Of a stretch of 17,042 nucleotides of DNA, positions 1-8,834 are shown in pieces. The number at the start of each line of letters is the position of its first letter. The stretch's first letter is position 1. The notes beneath the pieces are model-generated. The model worked only from the letters and a program-made list of their open reading frames with translations, was not told the origin of the DNA and made no database searches. The position numbers and the translations under genes are program-made. This DNA is from a virus (taxonomy: Duplodnaviria > Heunggongvirae > Uroviricota > Caudoviricetes), in IMG/VR virus record IMGVR_UViG_2617270978_000019. One strand, written 5' to 3'.

Positions 1-1284
1 TTACTTCTTCGCCTCTGCAACCACTTTACTACCCACGCCGCGGTTATTGTATTCCCACATGCGGTTGTAGTTAGTGTCATTCAGATTGCGCTGTATTTCG
101 TCGTTATCATCTACGCTGCCGGTATTACCCGCAAACGGACGATTAGAGATCACCGCATCGGCCCACGGTTTAGCCGTGTTAAAACCTTCGTTGATGGCGC
201 TATCACGGATCACCACCTGACCGTTGGTATTGGCATCAACATCCAGCGAGCGGCCCAGTTGCGCCACACCATCACCGAAAGCATTGAAACGGCTGTTTAC
301 GGCGAGGAAACCGTAGTAAATGTTGGACAGCGTAGCCGGTGCAAACACATACGCTTCTTGCTGAGTACGTGAGTTCACCACGCGGAATTCGGTGTTATCG
401 AACACCACTGCGCCGCGACCAGAAACGATATCCACATCCCCTTCAATGTAGCTGTTGGTCACCAGCGTACGCGGCTGACGATTCGTTTCCAGACGGTTCT
501 GCACACCGCTGTTGGTGACAAAGAAGGTGTTCTGACGACCGAGAATGTTAACGTTGTTAATCTGTACCTGGTCACCATCAGTACGCAGTGCCACCGCCGG
601 ATGGTTACCTGCATCTACGCTATCGCCCAGCGTGTTTTCGATGGTCAGATTTTGCAGTTGCAGGCCATTGTTTTGTGACCAGAAGACCGCAGAGCAGAGA
701 ACACCGATACTGTCGCTGCGTTTGCTCTGGCAGCTATCGTACATATACCACGCTGGTTTACCTGGCATATATTTGCCGCGCGGGTTGACGTCGTGACGCC
801 AGTCGGCAGGGCTCATGCCACCATCAAGGGAAAGCCCAATCTTCACATCAATCGGTTTTTCACCTGTACCGTACAGAGTAATTCCACCCGGAGCGGCAGG
901 GACATATACCGTTCCCTGATACTCACCAGGCATCACGGCAATATACTGGCGCTTGTTGGTACGCTTGATAATTGCCGCATCTACCGCCGCCTGAATCGTG
1001 GTATGCGTTACACCTTGAGTGCCCGCCGGGCCGACAACAAAGTCAGGTTGCGCAGGCAGGGTAATCGGGGAAGGATTCCACGCTGCAGCACCTGGTGTCA
1101 GGGATGCAAAATAGTGTTGAGCATCGAAATTCTGCGCTTCTTTTGCCGACAGAATCGGGCGAGAAGAGGTACCAGGCGCGGTTTGATCAGAAGGACGTTG
1201 ATCGGGCGGGGTTGAGCTACAGGCGGTCAGCGTCACGCCAAAAGCCAATGCCAGCGCCAGACGGGAAACTGAAAATGTGTTCAC
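1..1284 (-). CDS. ybhC: Outer-membrane lipoprotein YbhC (pectinesterase-family, putative acyl-CoA thioesterase); host gene flanking lambda attB
   Basis: Complete 427-aa ORF with lipoprotein signal peptide (LALAFGVTLTAC) and long beta-helix-like repeat composition; matches remembered E. coli YbhC; lies immediately outside the att core. Confidence 0.88.
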   Translation of the reverse strand: MNTFSVSRLALALAFGVTLTACSSTPPDQRPSDQTAPGTSSRPILSAKEAQNFDAQHYFASLTPGAAAWNPSPITLPAQPDFVVGPAGTQGVTHTTIQAAVDAAIIKRTNKRQYIAVMPGEYQGTVYVPAAPGGITLYGTGEKPIDVKIGLSLDGGMSPADWRHDVNPRGKYMPGKPAWYMYDSCQSKRSDSIGVLCSAVFWSQNNGLQLQNLTIENTLGDSVDAGNHPAVALRTDGDQVQINNVNILGRQNTFFVTNSGVQNRLETNRQPRTLVTNSYIEGDVDIVSGRGAVVFDNTEFRVVNSRTQQEAYVFAPATLSNIYYGFLAVNSRFNAFGDGVAQLGRSLDVDANTNGQVVIRDSAINEGFNTAKPWADAVISNRPFAGNTGSVDDNDEIQRNLNDTNYNRMWEYNNRGVGSKVVAEAKK

Positions 1285-1317
1285 AGGTTGCTCCGGGCTA
1301 TGAAATAGAAAAATGAA

Positions 1318-1418
1318 TCCGTTGAAGCCTGCTTTTTTATACTAAGTTGGCATTATAAAAAAGCATTGCTTATCAATTTGTTGCAACGAACAGGTCACTA
1401 TCAGTCAAAATAAAATCA
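1318..1418. other. attL: bacterial arm, 15-bp lambda core GCTTTTTTATACTAA (1331-1345), phage P-prime arm with Int arm-type sites
   Basis: Exact lambda core sequence; downstream CAGGTCACTATCAGTCAAAATAAAATCATTATTTG matches the lambda attP P-prime arm; about 74 bp from the int stop as in lambda. Confidence 0.93.
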
Positions 1419-2489
1419 TTATTTGATTTCAATTTTGTCCCACTCCCTGCCTCTGTCATCACGATACTGTGATGCCATGGTGTCCGACTTATGCCCGAGA
1501 AGATGTTGAGCAAACTTATCGCTTATCTGCTTCTCATAGAGTCTTGCAGACAAACTGCGCAACTCGTGAAAGGTAGGCGGATCCCCTTCGAAGGAAAGAC
1601 CTGATGCTTTTCGTGCGCGCATAAAATACCTTGATACTGTGCCGGATGAAAGCGGTTCGCGACGAGTAGATGCAATTATGGTTTCTCCGCCAAGAATCTC
1701 TTTGCATTTATCAAGTGTTTCCTTCATTGATATTCCGAGAGCATCAACATGCAATGCTGTTGGGATGGCAATTTTTACGCCTGTTTTGCTTTGCTCGACA
1801 TAAAGATATCCATCTACGATATCAGACCACTTCATTTCGCATAAATCACCAACTCGTTGCCCGGTAACAACAGCCAGTTCCATTGCAAGTCTGAGCCAAC
1901 ATGGTGATGATTCTGCTGCTTGATAAATTTTCAGGTATTCGTCAGCCGTAAGTCTTGATCTCCTTACCTCTGATTTTGCTGCGCGAGTGGCAGCGACAGG
2001 GTTTGTTGTTATATGGCCTTCAGCTATTGCCTCTCGGAATGCATCGCTCAGTGTTGATCTGATTAACTTGGCTGACGCCGCCTTGCCCTCGTCTATGTAT
2101 CCATTGAGCATTGCCGCAATTTCTTTTGTGGTGATGTCTTCAAGTGGAGCATCAGGCAGACCCCTCCTTATTGCTTTAATTTTGCTCATGTAATTTATGA
2201 GTGTCTTCTGCTTGATTCCTCTGCTGGCCAGGATTTTTTCGTAGCGATCAAGCCATGAATGTAACGTAACGGAATTATCACTGTTGATTCTCGCTGTCAG
2301 AGGCTTGTGTTTGTGTCCTGAAAATAACTCAATGTTGGCCTGTATAGCTTCAGTGATTGCGATTCGCCTGTCTCGGCCTAATCCAAACTCTTTACCCGTC
2401 CTTGGGTCCCTGTAGCAGTAATATCCATTGTTTCTTATATAAAGGTTAGGGGGTAAATCCCGGCGCTCATGACTTCGCCTTCTTCCCAT
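1419..2489 (-). CDS. int: Lambda-type tyrosine integrase Int
   Basis: 356-aa ORF beginning MGRRRSHERRDLPPNLYIRNNGYYCYRDPRTGKEFGLG, same length as lambda Int; C-terminal catalytic region with HELRSL and LLGH motifs; adjacent to attL. Confidence 0.97.
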   Translation of the reverse strand: MGRRRSHERRDLPPNLYIRNNGYYCYRDPRTGKEFGLGRDRRIAITEAIQANIELFSGHKHKPLTARINSDNSVTLHSWLDRYEKILASRGIKQKTLINYMSKIKAIRRGLPDAPLEDITTKEIAAMLNGYIDEGKAASAKLIRSTLSDAFREAIAEGHITTNPVAATRAAKSEVRRSRLTADEYLKIYQAAESSPCWLRLAMELAVVTGQRVGDLCEMKWSDIVDGYLYVEQSKTGVKIAIPTALHVDALGISMKETLDKCKEILGGETIIASTRREPLSSGTVSRYFMRARKASGLSFEGDPPTFHELRSLSARLYEKQISDKFAQHLLGHKSDTMASQYRDDRGREWDKIEIK

Positions 2490-2685
2490 TTCTGATCCTC
2501 TTCAAAAGGCTACCTGTTACTGGTCGATTTAAGTCAACCTTTACCGCTGATTCGTGGAACAGATATTCTCTTCCATCCTTAACCGGAGGAGGGAATATCC
2601 TGCATTCGCGCACCCATCGACGAACTGTTTCAAGGCTTCTTGGGCGTCGCTGGCGAGCGTTCCATTCCTGAAGTGTCAAGTACAT
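2467..2685 (-). CDS. xis: Excisionase Xis
   Basis: 72-aa ORF MYLTLQEWNARQRRPRSLETVRRWVRE, overlaps int start by 23 bp as in lambda. Confidence 0.95.
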   Translation of the reverse strand: MYLTLQEWNARQRRPRSLETVRRWVRECRIFPPPVKDGREYLFHESAVKVDLNRPVTGSLLKRIRNGKKAKS

Positions 2686-2710
2686 CGCAAAGTCTCCGCA
2701 ATTACACGCA

Positions 2711-2734
2711 AGAAAAAACCGCCATCAGGCGGCT
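2711..2734 (-). terminator. Intrinsic terminator (minus strand) just upstream of xis
   Basis: Minus-strand hairpin CCGCC-tgat-GGCGG followed by TTTTTT (plus A-run 2713-2718). Confidence 0.5.
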
Positions 2735-2903
2735 TGGTGTTCTTTCAGTTCTTCAATTCGAATATTGGTTACGTCTGCATGTGCTATCTGCGCCCACAGC
2801 ATCCAGTGGTCATAGCAGTCGCTGATGTTCTCGGCTTCGATAACTCTGTTGAATGGTTCTCCATTCCATTCACCTGTAACTCGGAAGTGCATTTATCATC
2901 GCC

Positions 2904-2960
2904 ATAAAACAAAACTCGCCGTAGCGAGTTCAGATAAAAGAAAACCCGCACTCGGCGGGG
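2904..2960 (-). terminator. Tandem intrinsic terminators (minus strand)
   Basis: Two minus-strand GC hairpins (AACTCGC/GCGAGTT 2913-2930 and CCCGC/GCGGG 2945-2959), each followed by a T-rich tract on the minus strand. Confidence 0.5.
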
Positions 2961-3240
2961 TCGCATTCGTTCAAATTGCGTTTACTTCTTGGCGTTCTGT
3001 TCATCCATATCGATATACCATGGGTTGCTTCCCTTGGGCATGTTTAACGACTGCTCGCGATAGTATCTGATGCGCTCCATGAAATACTCGCGTGAGTGCT
3101 CAGGTTGCTCTCATGATACCTGCTCAGTGATAACAGGTATGTTAAGGCGCTCTCTGTACTCCATGCCTGATGCTGCAAGGTCAACGTTTACCTTGTTCTG
3201 TTTTTCTTTCGATTTCTCGGCGATGTTATGCCTGACATTG

Positions 3241-3483
3241 TCAACCCGCCTCCTTCTGAACATAACGGTTATAAATCAGTCCCTGAGGGCCATAAGGAAG
3301 CGGGATGTGCAACTCCTCTGGTTCAGAAACTATCCATTCCCCGGCCATCTCCGCTGGAGAGGTAATGATAAGTTGTTTGCTAATAAAAGGACCACTCCTC
3401 TCAACAACAAGCTTACCATCTTCATTAATAAAAGCTTGGATGTCAGGTGTGCTTCCACACTTGGTGATGCAGCGTTTGAACAT
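3241..3483 (-). CDS. Hypothetical protein in the Ea8.5 position
   Basis: ORF with GGGGGA Shine-Dalgarno 6 nt upstream of the ATG at 3483 (longer 94-aa frame to 3525 possible); same strand as surrounding operon; family not recognised. Confidence 0.45.
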   Translation of the reverse strand: MFKRCITKCGSTPDIQAFINEDGKLVVERSGPFISKQLIITSPAEMAGEWIVSEPEELHIPLPYGPQGLIYNRYVQKEAG

Positions 3484-3609
3484 TTTGTGTCCCCCCATTT
3501 TATGGACGGGGTAATTATAACACATTGAAATATAGTAATATTTGACGTAGATTTCTTTTGATCTATAAGCGATTTTTTAATGCTTTTAAGTTATAAATAC
3601 TTGTTATCA

Positions 3610-4155
3610 TCACCCATCTTGCTGCGGTGCTACTATTGAAAAGTACTCACACCCTTTAGCCCAAATAGTTTTGATAGTTGTCCAACTGACTGGAACCTTG
3701 ATTTCGATTCTTCCGCTGCCGTCACAAGTTTCGCAATCATCATCACCAAAGCATTCCGGGCAGCTTATAAACGTAGTTTCTGAAAATTCACCGGATAGCA
3801 CACCCTTAGCGCCGTTCTCAGCGGTTAGTTTCTTCGGCACTATAACCCAACCATCCGGAGTTACCGGAGAGTTGCCATTTATATCGAAGTTTGGCTCTGC
3901 GTCCTGAACCAGGAGGATGTAACCATTCTTGGCAGTATCAAGTTCTAACGCCTCGGTGACGGTACCGAAATAGCGATTACCTAAATCCGCATCACAAGTG
4001 CTTACATCAATGGAAACCTCCATGCCTTCGATTAATTCTGGCAAGTTGTAAGTTTGGCTTACAGGTTCTGCTCCCAGTGATGCCAGTGCAATTCGTGCCA
4101 GTTCCATTTGTTCGCCACGAGTAAGCCCGTTTTCAAGCGGATTTTTAATGAACAA
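3610..4155 (-). CDS. Hypothetical protein with C-terminal CxxC...CxxCxGxG zinc-ribbon (DnaJ-type finger-like)
   Basis: 181-aa ORF; motif CPECFGDDDCETCDGSG near C-terminus; operon context. Confidence 0.6.
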   Translation of the reverse strand: MFIKNPLENGLTRGEQMELARIALASLGAEPVSQTYNLPELIEGMEVSIDVSTCDADLGNRYFGTVTEALELDTAKNGYILLVQDAEPNFDINGNSPVTPDGWVIVPKKLTAENGAKGVLSGEFSETTFISCPECFGDDDCETCDGSGRIEIKVPVSWTTIKTIWAKGCEYFSIVAPQQDG

Positions 4156-4195
4156 TTCAATACGTTCTTTGGTAATAGTGGTTATTTGTTAGTCC

Positions 4196-4951
4196 TTAAA
4201 CTGCTAGTTGCAATTGCATTTCAAAGCGGTCGCGTTGTTCACAATACGCAAGAGAACCAGGGCTATTGTGTGCCTCAATCCGTTCTACCATTAATGCTGC
4301 GCGTGTCTCTTTACTTGCAGGTGCATAAGCCCCAGACCAGGCTTTATCAATACCGATGTTTCGAGCGACGTTCGTACTATCTGCGCTGGCTAAGGGTAAT
4401 TTTGTGAATATCAGCGGATTTAACATGCGCAATCCATGTAGTTTCGTAACCGGCTGACCATGCCCATCAACAATGTGACGAATCAGGTCTTTCATTCTGG
4501 CTACCGCAAGAGTTGGGCGCTTTACGTCATAGTCGCCACAACTACCTATAGCCACTCGCGGAAACTCATTGCACAAATGAATAAATCGCTCGTCACTTTC
4601 ATTCATGTGCCACACTGGAACGCCAGCTAGTTTTCCGTGAGGCCACTCATTCAGAAGCGCATCATTTTCCTCCTCTCCGCCATCAATAACATCCGGGATA
4701 ATGGCAAAATCGAATCCTGGGTGATTCTTCCAGCGAGCAACAAACTCGTAGTAATCGCTCCAGTCGATTTTGTTTTTGCCAGCTGCTTTCCAGGCGGTGA
4801 ATGCACCGTTGTCCAGCGCGAACGACTGACAGTATTCAGCCGCGAGATTGATCTGGCCTGAATGCGCAAAACTGATAAACGCATGTCGCCCTTTCCATGC
4901 TCTCATTGCGCACGTATCAGGAGTAATAGGCCCACCGTGGTAGTGAATCAT
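4196..4951 (-). CDS. TGT-fold (tRNA-guanine transglycosylase-like) protein lacking the C-terminal zinc subdomain; candidate DpdA-like DNA-guanine transglycosylase
   Basis: Start at ATG 4951 with AGGAGA Shine-Dalgarno and 1-nt spacing from upstream stop; segments resemble TGT motifs: LDNGAF (cf. TDSGGF), VAIGSCGD (cf. AVGGLAVGE), KLHGLRM (cf. YLMGVG), STNVARNIG (cf. PTRNARNG); no CxCxxC...H zinc site. Confidence 0.5.
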   Translation of the reverse strand: MIHYHGGPITPDTCAMRAWKGRHAFISFAHSGQINLAAEYCQSFALDNGAFTAWKAAGKNKIDWSDYYEFVARWKNHPGFDFAIIPDVIDGGEEENDALLNEWPHGKLAGVPVWHMNESDERFIHLCNEFPRVAIGSCGDYDVKRPTLAVARMKDLIRHIVDGHGQPVTKLHGLRMLNPLIFTKLPLASADSTNVARNIGIDKAWSGAYAPASKETRAALMVERIEAHNSPGSLAYCEQRDRFEMQLQLAV

Positions 4952-4952
4952 C

Positions 4953-5360
4953 TCACTCTCCTTTGATGCGAATGCCAGTAGCGCGGATTGCATCGATGAC
5001 TTCAGAAACTTTGTATGCCATTACCGTTTGGTAATCATCGTGAAAATCTGTTCGATGAAGCATGCTGCTACGTTCCGGGAGCAGTATTTCCCGCGCTTCC
5101 AGTTCTGCAATGCGCTTTTTTGCTGCTTCCAGTTCATCCAGTAATTCCAGCACGGTAGCCGGATTAGCCTTGGCAACAAAATCCCGGACTGGCTTACAAT
5201 CAATCTCCGCAATGGGTTGATACGATGTGTAGCCATGCTGTCTTGTATAACTACCGTGACGAATAACGAAAAAATCACCATTTATTTTTTTAGCCTGCCA
5301 CTTATCTTCACCGGCTTTCTCTGCCGCTTCACGCAGTGCCTGAGAGTTAATTTCGCTCAC
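4953..5360 (-). CDS. Ea22-like protein (short variant)
   Basis: N-terminus MSEINSQALREAAEKA and C-terminus GIRIKGE match my memory of lambda Ea22 termini; central region differs. Confidence 0.6.
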   Translation of the reverse strand: MSEINSQALREAAEKAGEDKWQAKKINGDFFVIRHGSYTRQHGYTSYQPIAEIDCKPVRDFVAKANPATVLELLDELEAAKKRIAELEAREILLPERSSMLHRTDFHDDYQTVMAYKVSEVIDAIRATGIRIKGE

Positions 5361-5578
5361 TTCGAACCTCTCTGTTTACTGATAAGCTCCAGATCCTCCT
5401 GGCAACTTGCACAAGTCCGACAACCCTGAACGACCAGGCGTCTTCGTTCATCTATGGGATCGCCACACTCACAACAATGAGTGGCGGATATAGTCTGGTA
5501 GTTCAGACGACGCATTTTTATTGCTGTATTGCGCTGTAATTCTTCAATTTCTGATGCTGAATCAATGATGTCCGCCAT
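5357..5578 (-). CDS. TraR/DksA-family C4 zinc-finger protein (lambda Orf73-type)
   Basis: 73-aa ORF with CCECGD...CRTCASC four-cysteine motif typical of TraR/DksA C4 fingers. Confidence 0.75.
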   Translation of the reverse strand: MADIIDSASEIEELQRNTAIKMRRLNYQTISATHCCECGDPIDERRRLVVQGCRTCASCQEDLELISKQRGSK

Positions 5579-5627
5579 CTTTCATTAATCCCTGAATTGT
5601 TGGTTAATACGCTTGAGGGTAAATGCG

Positions 5628-5654
5628 AATAATAAAAAAGGAGCCTGTAGCTCC
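5628..5654 (-). terminator. Intrinsic terminator (minus strand) inside the leftward early operon
   Basis: Minus-strand hairpin agGGAGC-uacag-GCUCCuu followed by TTTTTTATTATT. Confidence 0.55.
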
Positions 5655-5676
5655 CTGATGATTTTGCTTTTCATGT

Positions 5677-5892
5677 TCACCGTTCCTTAAAGACGCCGTT
5701 CAACATGCCGATCGCCAGGCTTAAATGAGTCGGTGTGAATCCCATCAGCGTTACCGTTTCGCGGTGCTTCTTCAGTACGCTACGGCAAATGTCATCGACG
5801 TTTTTATCCGGAAACTGCTGTCTGGCTTTTTTGATTTCAGAATTAGCCTGACGGGCAATACTGCGAAGGGCGTTTTCCTGCTGAGGTGTCAT
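5677..5892 (-). CDS. Hypothetical small protein (orf61 position)
   Basis: ORF from internal ATG (MTPQQENALRSIARQ...); the longer 93-aa frame has an implausible Cys/His-rich N-terminus; weak ribosome-binding site. Confidence 0.4.
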   Translation of the reverse strand: MTPQQENALRSIARQANSEIKKARQQFPDKNVDDICRSVLKKHRETVTLMGFTPTHLSLAIGMLNGVFKER

Positions 5893-5968
5893 TGAACAAG
5901 TCCCATGTCGGCAAGCATAAGCACACAGAATATGAAGCCCGCTGCCAGAAAAATGCATTCAGTGGTTG

Positions 5969-6160
5969 TCATACCTGGTCTCTCTCATCTGCTTCTGCTT
6001 TCGCCACCATCATTTCCAGCTTTTGTGAAAGGGATGTGGCTAACGTATGAAATTCTTCGTCTGTTTCTACTGGTATTGGCACAAACCTGACTCCAATTTG
6101 AGCAAGGCTATGTGCCATCTCAATACTCGTTCTTAACTCAACAGGAGATGCTTTGTGCAT
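5969..6160 (-). CDS. Lambda Orf63-like protein
   Basis: 63-aa [26 protein letters not shown] in the position of lambda orf63, overlapping the next gene as in lambda. Confidence 0.7.
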   Translation of the reverse strand: MHKASPVELRTSIEMAHSLAQIGVRFVPIPVETDEEFHTLATSLSQKLEMMVAKAEADERDQV

Positions 6161-6321
6161 ACCGTCTCCCGTTTATTATTTATCTTCTCAGCCAGCCGCT
6201 GTGCTTTCAGTGGATTTCTGATAACAGAAAGGCCGGGAAATACCCAGCCTCGCTTTGTAACGGAGTAGACGAAAGTGATCGCGCCTACCCGGATATTATC
6301 GTGAGGATGCGTCATCGCCAT
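6133..6321 (-). CDS. Lambda Orf60a-like protein
   Basis: 62-aa [24 protein letters not shown] immediately upstream of exo with overlap. Confidence 0.65.
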   Translation of the reverse strand: MAMTHPHDNIRVGAITFVYSVTKRGWVFPGLSVIRNPLKAQRLAEKINNKRETVCTKHLLLS

Positions 6322-6992
6322 TGCTCCCCAAATACAAAACCAATTTCAGCCAGTGCCTCGTCCATTTTTTCGATGAACTCCGGCACCATCTCGTCAAAAC
6401 TCGCCATGTACTTTTCATTCCGCTCAATCACGACATAATGCAGGCCTTCACGCTTCATGCGCGGGTCATAGTTGGCAAAGTACCAGGCATCTTTTCGCGT
6501 CACCCACATGCTGTACTGCACCTGGGCCATGTAAGCCGACTTTATGGCCTCGAAACCACCGAGCCGGAACTTCATGAAATCCCGGGAGGTAAACGGGCAT
6601 TTCAGCTCAAGGCCGTTGCCGTCACTGCATAAACCATCGGGAGAGCAGGCGGTGCGCATACTTTCGTCGCGATAGATGATCGGGGATTCAGTAACATTCA
6701 CGCCGGAAGTAAACTCAAACAGGGCTCTGGCGTCATTCTCGTACTGTTTTCCCCAGGCCAGCGCCTTAGCGTTAACTTCCGGAGCCACACCGGTGCAAAT
6801 CTCAGCCAGCAGGGTGTGAAAGTAGGACATTTTCATGTCAGGCCACTTTTTACCGGAGCGGGGTTTTGCTATCACATTGTGAACTTCTGAAGCCGTGATG
6901 ACGCCGAGTCGTAATTTGTTCCACGCATCATCTCCCTGTTCGACAGCTCTCACGTCGATCCCGGTACGCTGCAGGATAATGTCCGGTGTCAT
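6312..6992 (-). CDS. exo: Lambda exonuclease (Red alpha)
   Basis: 226-aa [43 protein letters not shown], lambda Exo length and sequence; overlaps bet. Confidence 0.97.
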   Translation of the reverse strand: MTPDIILQRTGIDVRAVEQGDDAWNKLRLGVITASEVHNVIAKPRSGKKWPDMKMSYFHTLLAEICTGVAPEVNAKALAWGKQYENDARALFEFTSGVNVTESPIIYRDESMRTACSPDGLCSDGNGLELKCPFTSRDFMKFRLGGFEAIKSAYMAQVQYSMWVTRKDAWYFANYDPRMKREGLHYVVIERNEKYMASFDEMVPEFIEKMDEALAEIGFVFGEQWR

Positions 6993-7774
6993 GCAGCCAC
7001 CTTCTGCTCAGAGGCTTTCTGTTTCAGGAATCCAAGAGCTTTCACTGCTTCGGCCTGTGTCAGTTCTGACGATGCGCGAATGTCGCGGCGAAATATCTGG
7101 GAACAGAGCGGCAATAAGTCGTCATCCCATGTTTTATCCAGGGCAATCAGCAGAGTGTTAATCTCCTGCATGGTTTCATCGTTAACCGGAGTGATGTCGC
7201 GTTCCGGCTGACGTTCTGCAGTGTATGCGGTATTTTCGACAATGCGCTCGGCTTCATCCTTGTCATAGATACCAGCAAATCCGAAGGCCAGACGGGCACA
7301 CTGAATCATGGCTTTATGACGTAACATCCGTTTGGGATGCGACTGCCACGGCCCCGTGATTTCTCTGCCTTCGCGGGTTTTGAATGGTTCGCGGCGGCAT
7401 TCATCCATCCATTCGGTAACGCAGATCGGATGATTACGGTCCTTGCGGTAAATCCGGCATGTACAGGATTCATTGTCCTGCTCAAAGTCCATGCCATCAA
7501 ACTGCTGGTTTTCATTGATGATGCGGGACCAGCCATCAACGCCCACCACCGGAACGATGCCGTTCTGCTTATCAGGGAAGGCGTAAATTTCTTTCGTCCA
7601 CGGATTAAGGCCGTACTGGTTGGCGACGATCAACAATGCGATGAACTGCGCATCGCTGGCATCACCTTTAAATGCCGTCTGGCGAAGAGTGGTGATCAGT
7701 TCCTGTGGGTCGACAGAATCCATGCCGACACGTTCAGCCAGCTTCCCTGCCAGCGTTGCGAGTGCTGTACTCAT
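6989..7774 (-). CDS. bet: Red beta single-strand annealing protein
   Basis: 261-aa [62 protein letters not shown], lambda Bet. Confidence 0.97.
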   Translation of the reverse strand: MSTALATLAGKLAERVGMDSVDPQELITTLRQTAFKGDASDAQFIALLIVANQYGLNPWTKEIYAFPDKQNGIVPVVGVDGWSRIINENQQFDGMDFEQDNESCTCRIYRKDRNHPICVTEWMDECRREPFKTREGREITGPWQSHPKRMLRHKAMIQCARLAFGFAGIYDKDEAERIVENTAYTAERQPERDITPVNDETMQEINTLLIALDKTWDDDLLPLCSQIFRRDIRASSELTQAEAVKALGFLKQKASEQKVAA

Positions 7775-7779
7775 CCGTT

Positions 7780-8076
7780 TTATACCTCTGAATCAATATC
7801 AACCTGGTGGTGAGCAATGGTTTCAACCATGTACTGGATGTGTTCTGCCATGCGCTCCTGAAACTCAACATCGTCATCAAACGCACGGGTAATGGCTTTT
7901 TTGCTGGCCCCGTGGCGTTGCAAATGATCGATGCATAGCGATTCAAACAGGTGCTGGGGCAGGCCTTTTTCCATGTCGTCTGCCAGTTCTGCCTCTTTCT
8001 CTTCACGGGCGATCTGCTGGTAGTGACGCGCCCAGCTCTGAGCCTCAAGACGATCCTGAATGTAATAAGCGTTCAT
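7780..8076 (-). CDS. gam: Gam (RecBCD inhibitor), short form only
   Basis: 98-aa [24 protein letters not shown] with AGGAGG Shine-Dalgarno; in-frame stop 19 codons upstream so no long Gam form. Confidence 0.93.
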   Translation of the reverse strand: MNAYYIQDRLEAQSWARHYQQIAREEKEAELADDMEKGLPQHLFESLCIDHLQRHGASKKAITRAFDDDVEFQERMAEHIQYMVETIAHHQVDIDSEV

Positions 8077-8151
8077 GGCTGACCTCCTGAAAATGGCTGT
8101 GAAAATATCGCCCGCGAAATGCCAGGCTGATTAGGAAAACAGGAAAGGGGA

Positions 8152-8442
8152 TTAGTGATTCAGGCCGTTACCGCGTCCGTCGAGAAAAACTTCCACGAGC
8201 AAATCACGGGTATAAGTGCGCTCGATGCCGCGATGCAGATAAAGCCGTCCGCGTAAATTAGCTGATGCAGTCCAGGTACCATCTTTGTGTTTGACCAGCA
8301 TTCCTGGCATGACCGCACCTCGATTAACGGTCTGCGTTCCATAATGTTGATGAACCATAAAAACTCCTGCCCGTAAGCTGGGCTGCTGAACATATAGAGA
8401 CTTCTGCGCGTATTCAGGCGGTGGATGGCCGCCGGTTGTCAT
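8152..8442 (-). CDS. Hypothetical protein in the kil/cIII position (start uncertain; may begin at internal Met near 8301)
   Basis: 96-aa ORF ending 76 bp upstream of the gam start, as lambda kil does; no similarity recognised to lambda Kil or CIII; an alternative overlapping frame (8160-8393) exists. Confidence 0.4.
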   Translation of the reverse strand: MTTGGHPPPEYAQKSLYVQQPSLRAGVFMVHQHYGTQTVNRGAVMPGMLVKHKDGTWTASANLRGRLYLHRGIERTYTRDLLVEVFLDGRGNGLNH

Positions 8443-8628
8443 AACTAAGCCGCCTCGTTGAAGCGACTAAGGTATGAAATGTTGAGTTAATTTCAGCTGG
8501 TCACACCGACGTTCACGCGTCCGTTTCACCCCTCGCACTCCCCGAAGCCTGCTGAAATTCAAACTGCGGATCTAAGCGGTCATCGCAACGGTGAATCAGG
8601 TAGTTGCCGTATCGTTGTGTTGTTGCGA

Positions 8629-8692
8629 TGAACTTATTTAAAACTATAGTTGTTTTATCGTCAACAACAAAAGTTGTTTTATTGGTTGTTTT
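8629..8692 (-). promoter_or_regulatory. OL/PL: leftward early promoter with operator repeats
   Basis: Minus-strand TTGACG (plus 8659-8664), 17-bp spacer, TTAAAT (plus 8636-8641); overlapping AAAACAAC / GTTGTTTT operator half-sites repeated 3-4 times, same motif as at OR. Confidence 0.65.
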
Positions 8693-8807
8693 AGATATAA
8701 CTGGTTGTATTTAGGATGGATTTATTTTGTGACTTGAATCGCATAGCGATAACTGAAGCGAGGTTATGGTGGTTTTTTTAACGGTGTGTGTGTGATGAGG
8801 GGAGGGC

Positions 8808-8834
8808 AAAAGAAAACCCGGCACGGTGACCGGG
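8808..8834 (-). terminator. Intrinsic terminator downstream of the repressor gene
   Basis: Minus-strand hairpin CCCGG-ucaccgug-CCGGG followed by TTTTCTTTT. Confidence 0.6.

Noticed and set aside
545-1316. Several plus-strand ORFs (83, 66, 140 and 73 aa) inside ybhC
   Set aside because: Antisense shadow ORFs within a well-supported gene; biased, implausible composition
2554-3070. Plus- and minus-strand ORFs of 60-117 aa between xis and the Ea8.5-position gene
   Set aside because: Overlap the terminator hairpins and xis, have no ribosome-binding sites, and run against the operon direction
3070-3528. 152-aa plus-strand ORF antisense to the Ea8.5-position gene
   Set aside because: Cys/Ser/Leu/Arg-rich junk composition; the minus-strand frame has a ribosome-binding site and fits the operon
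7337-7892. 158-aa and 90-aa plus-strand ORFs overlapping bet and gam
   Set aside because: Antisense to two confidently identified lambda genes
8786-8798. Short GT/CA dinucleotide run
   Set aside because: Only about six units and no associated feature; noted but likely incidental
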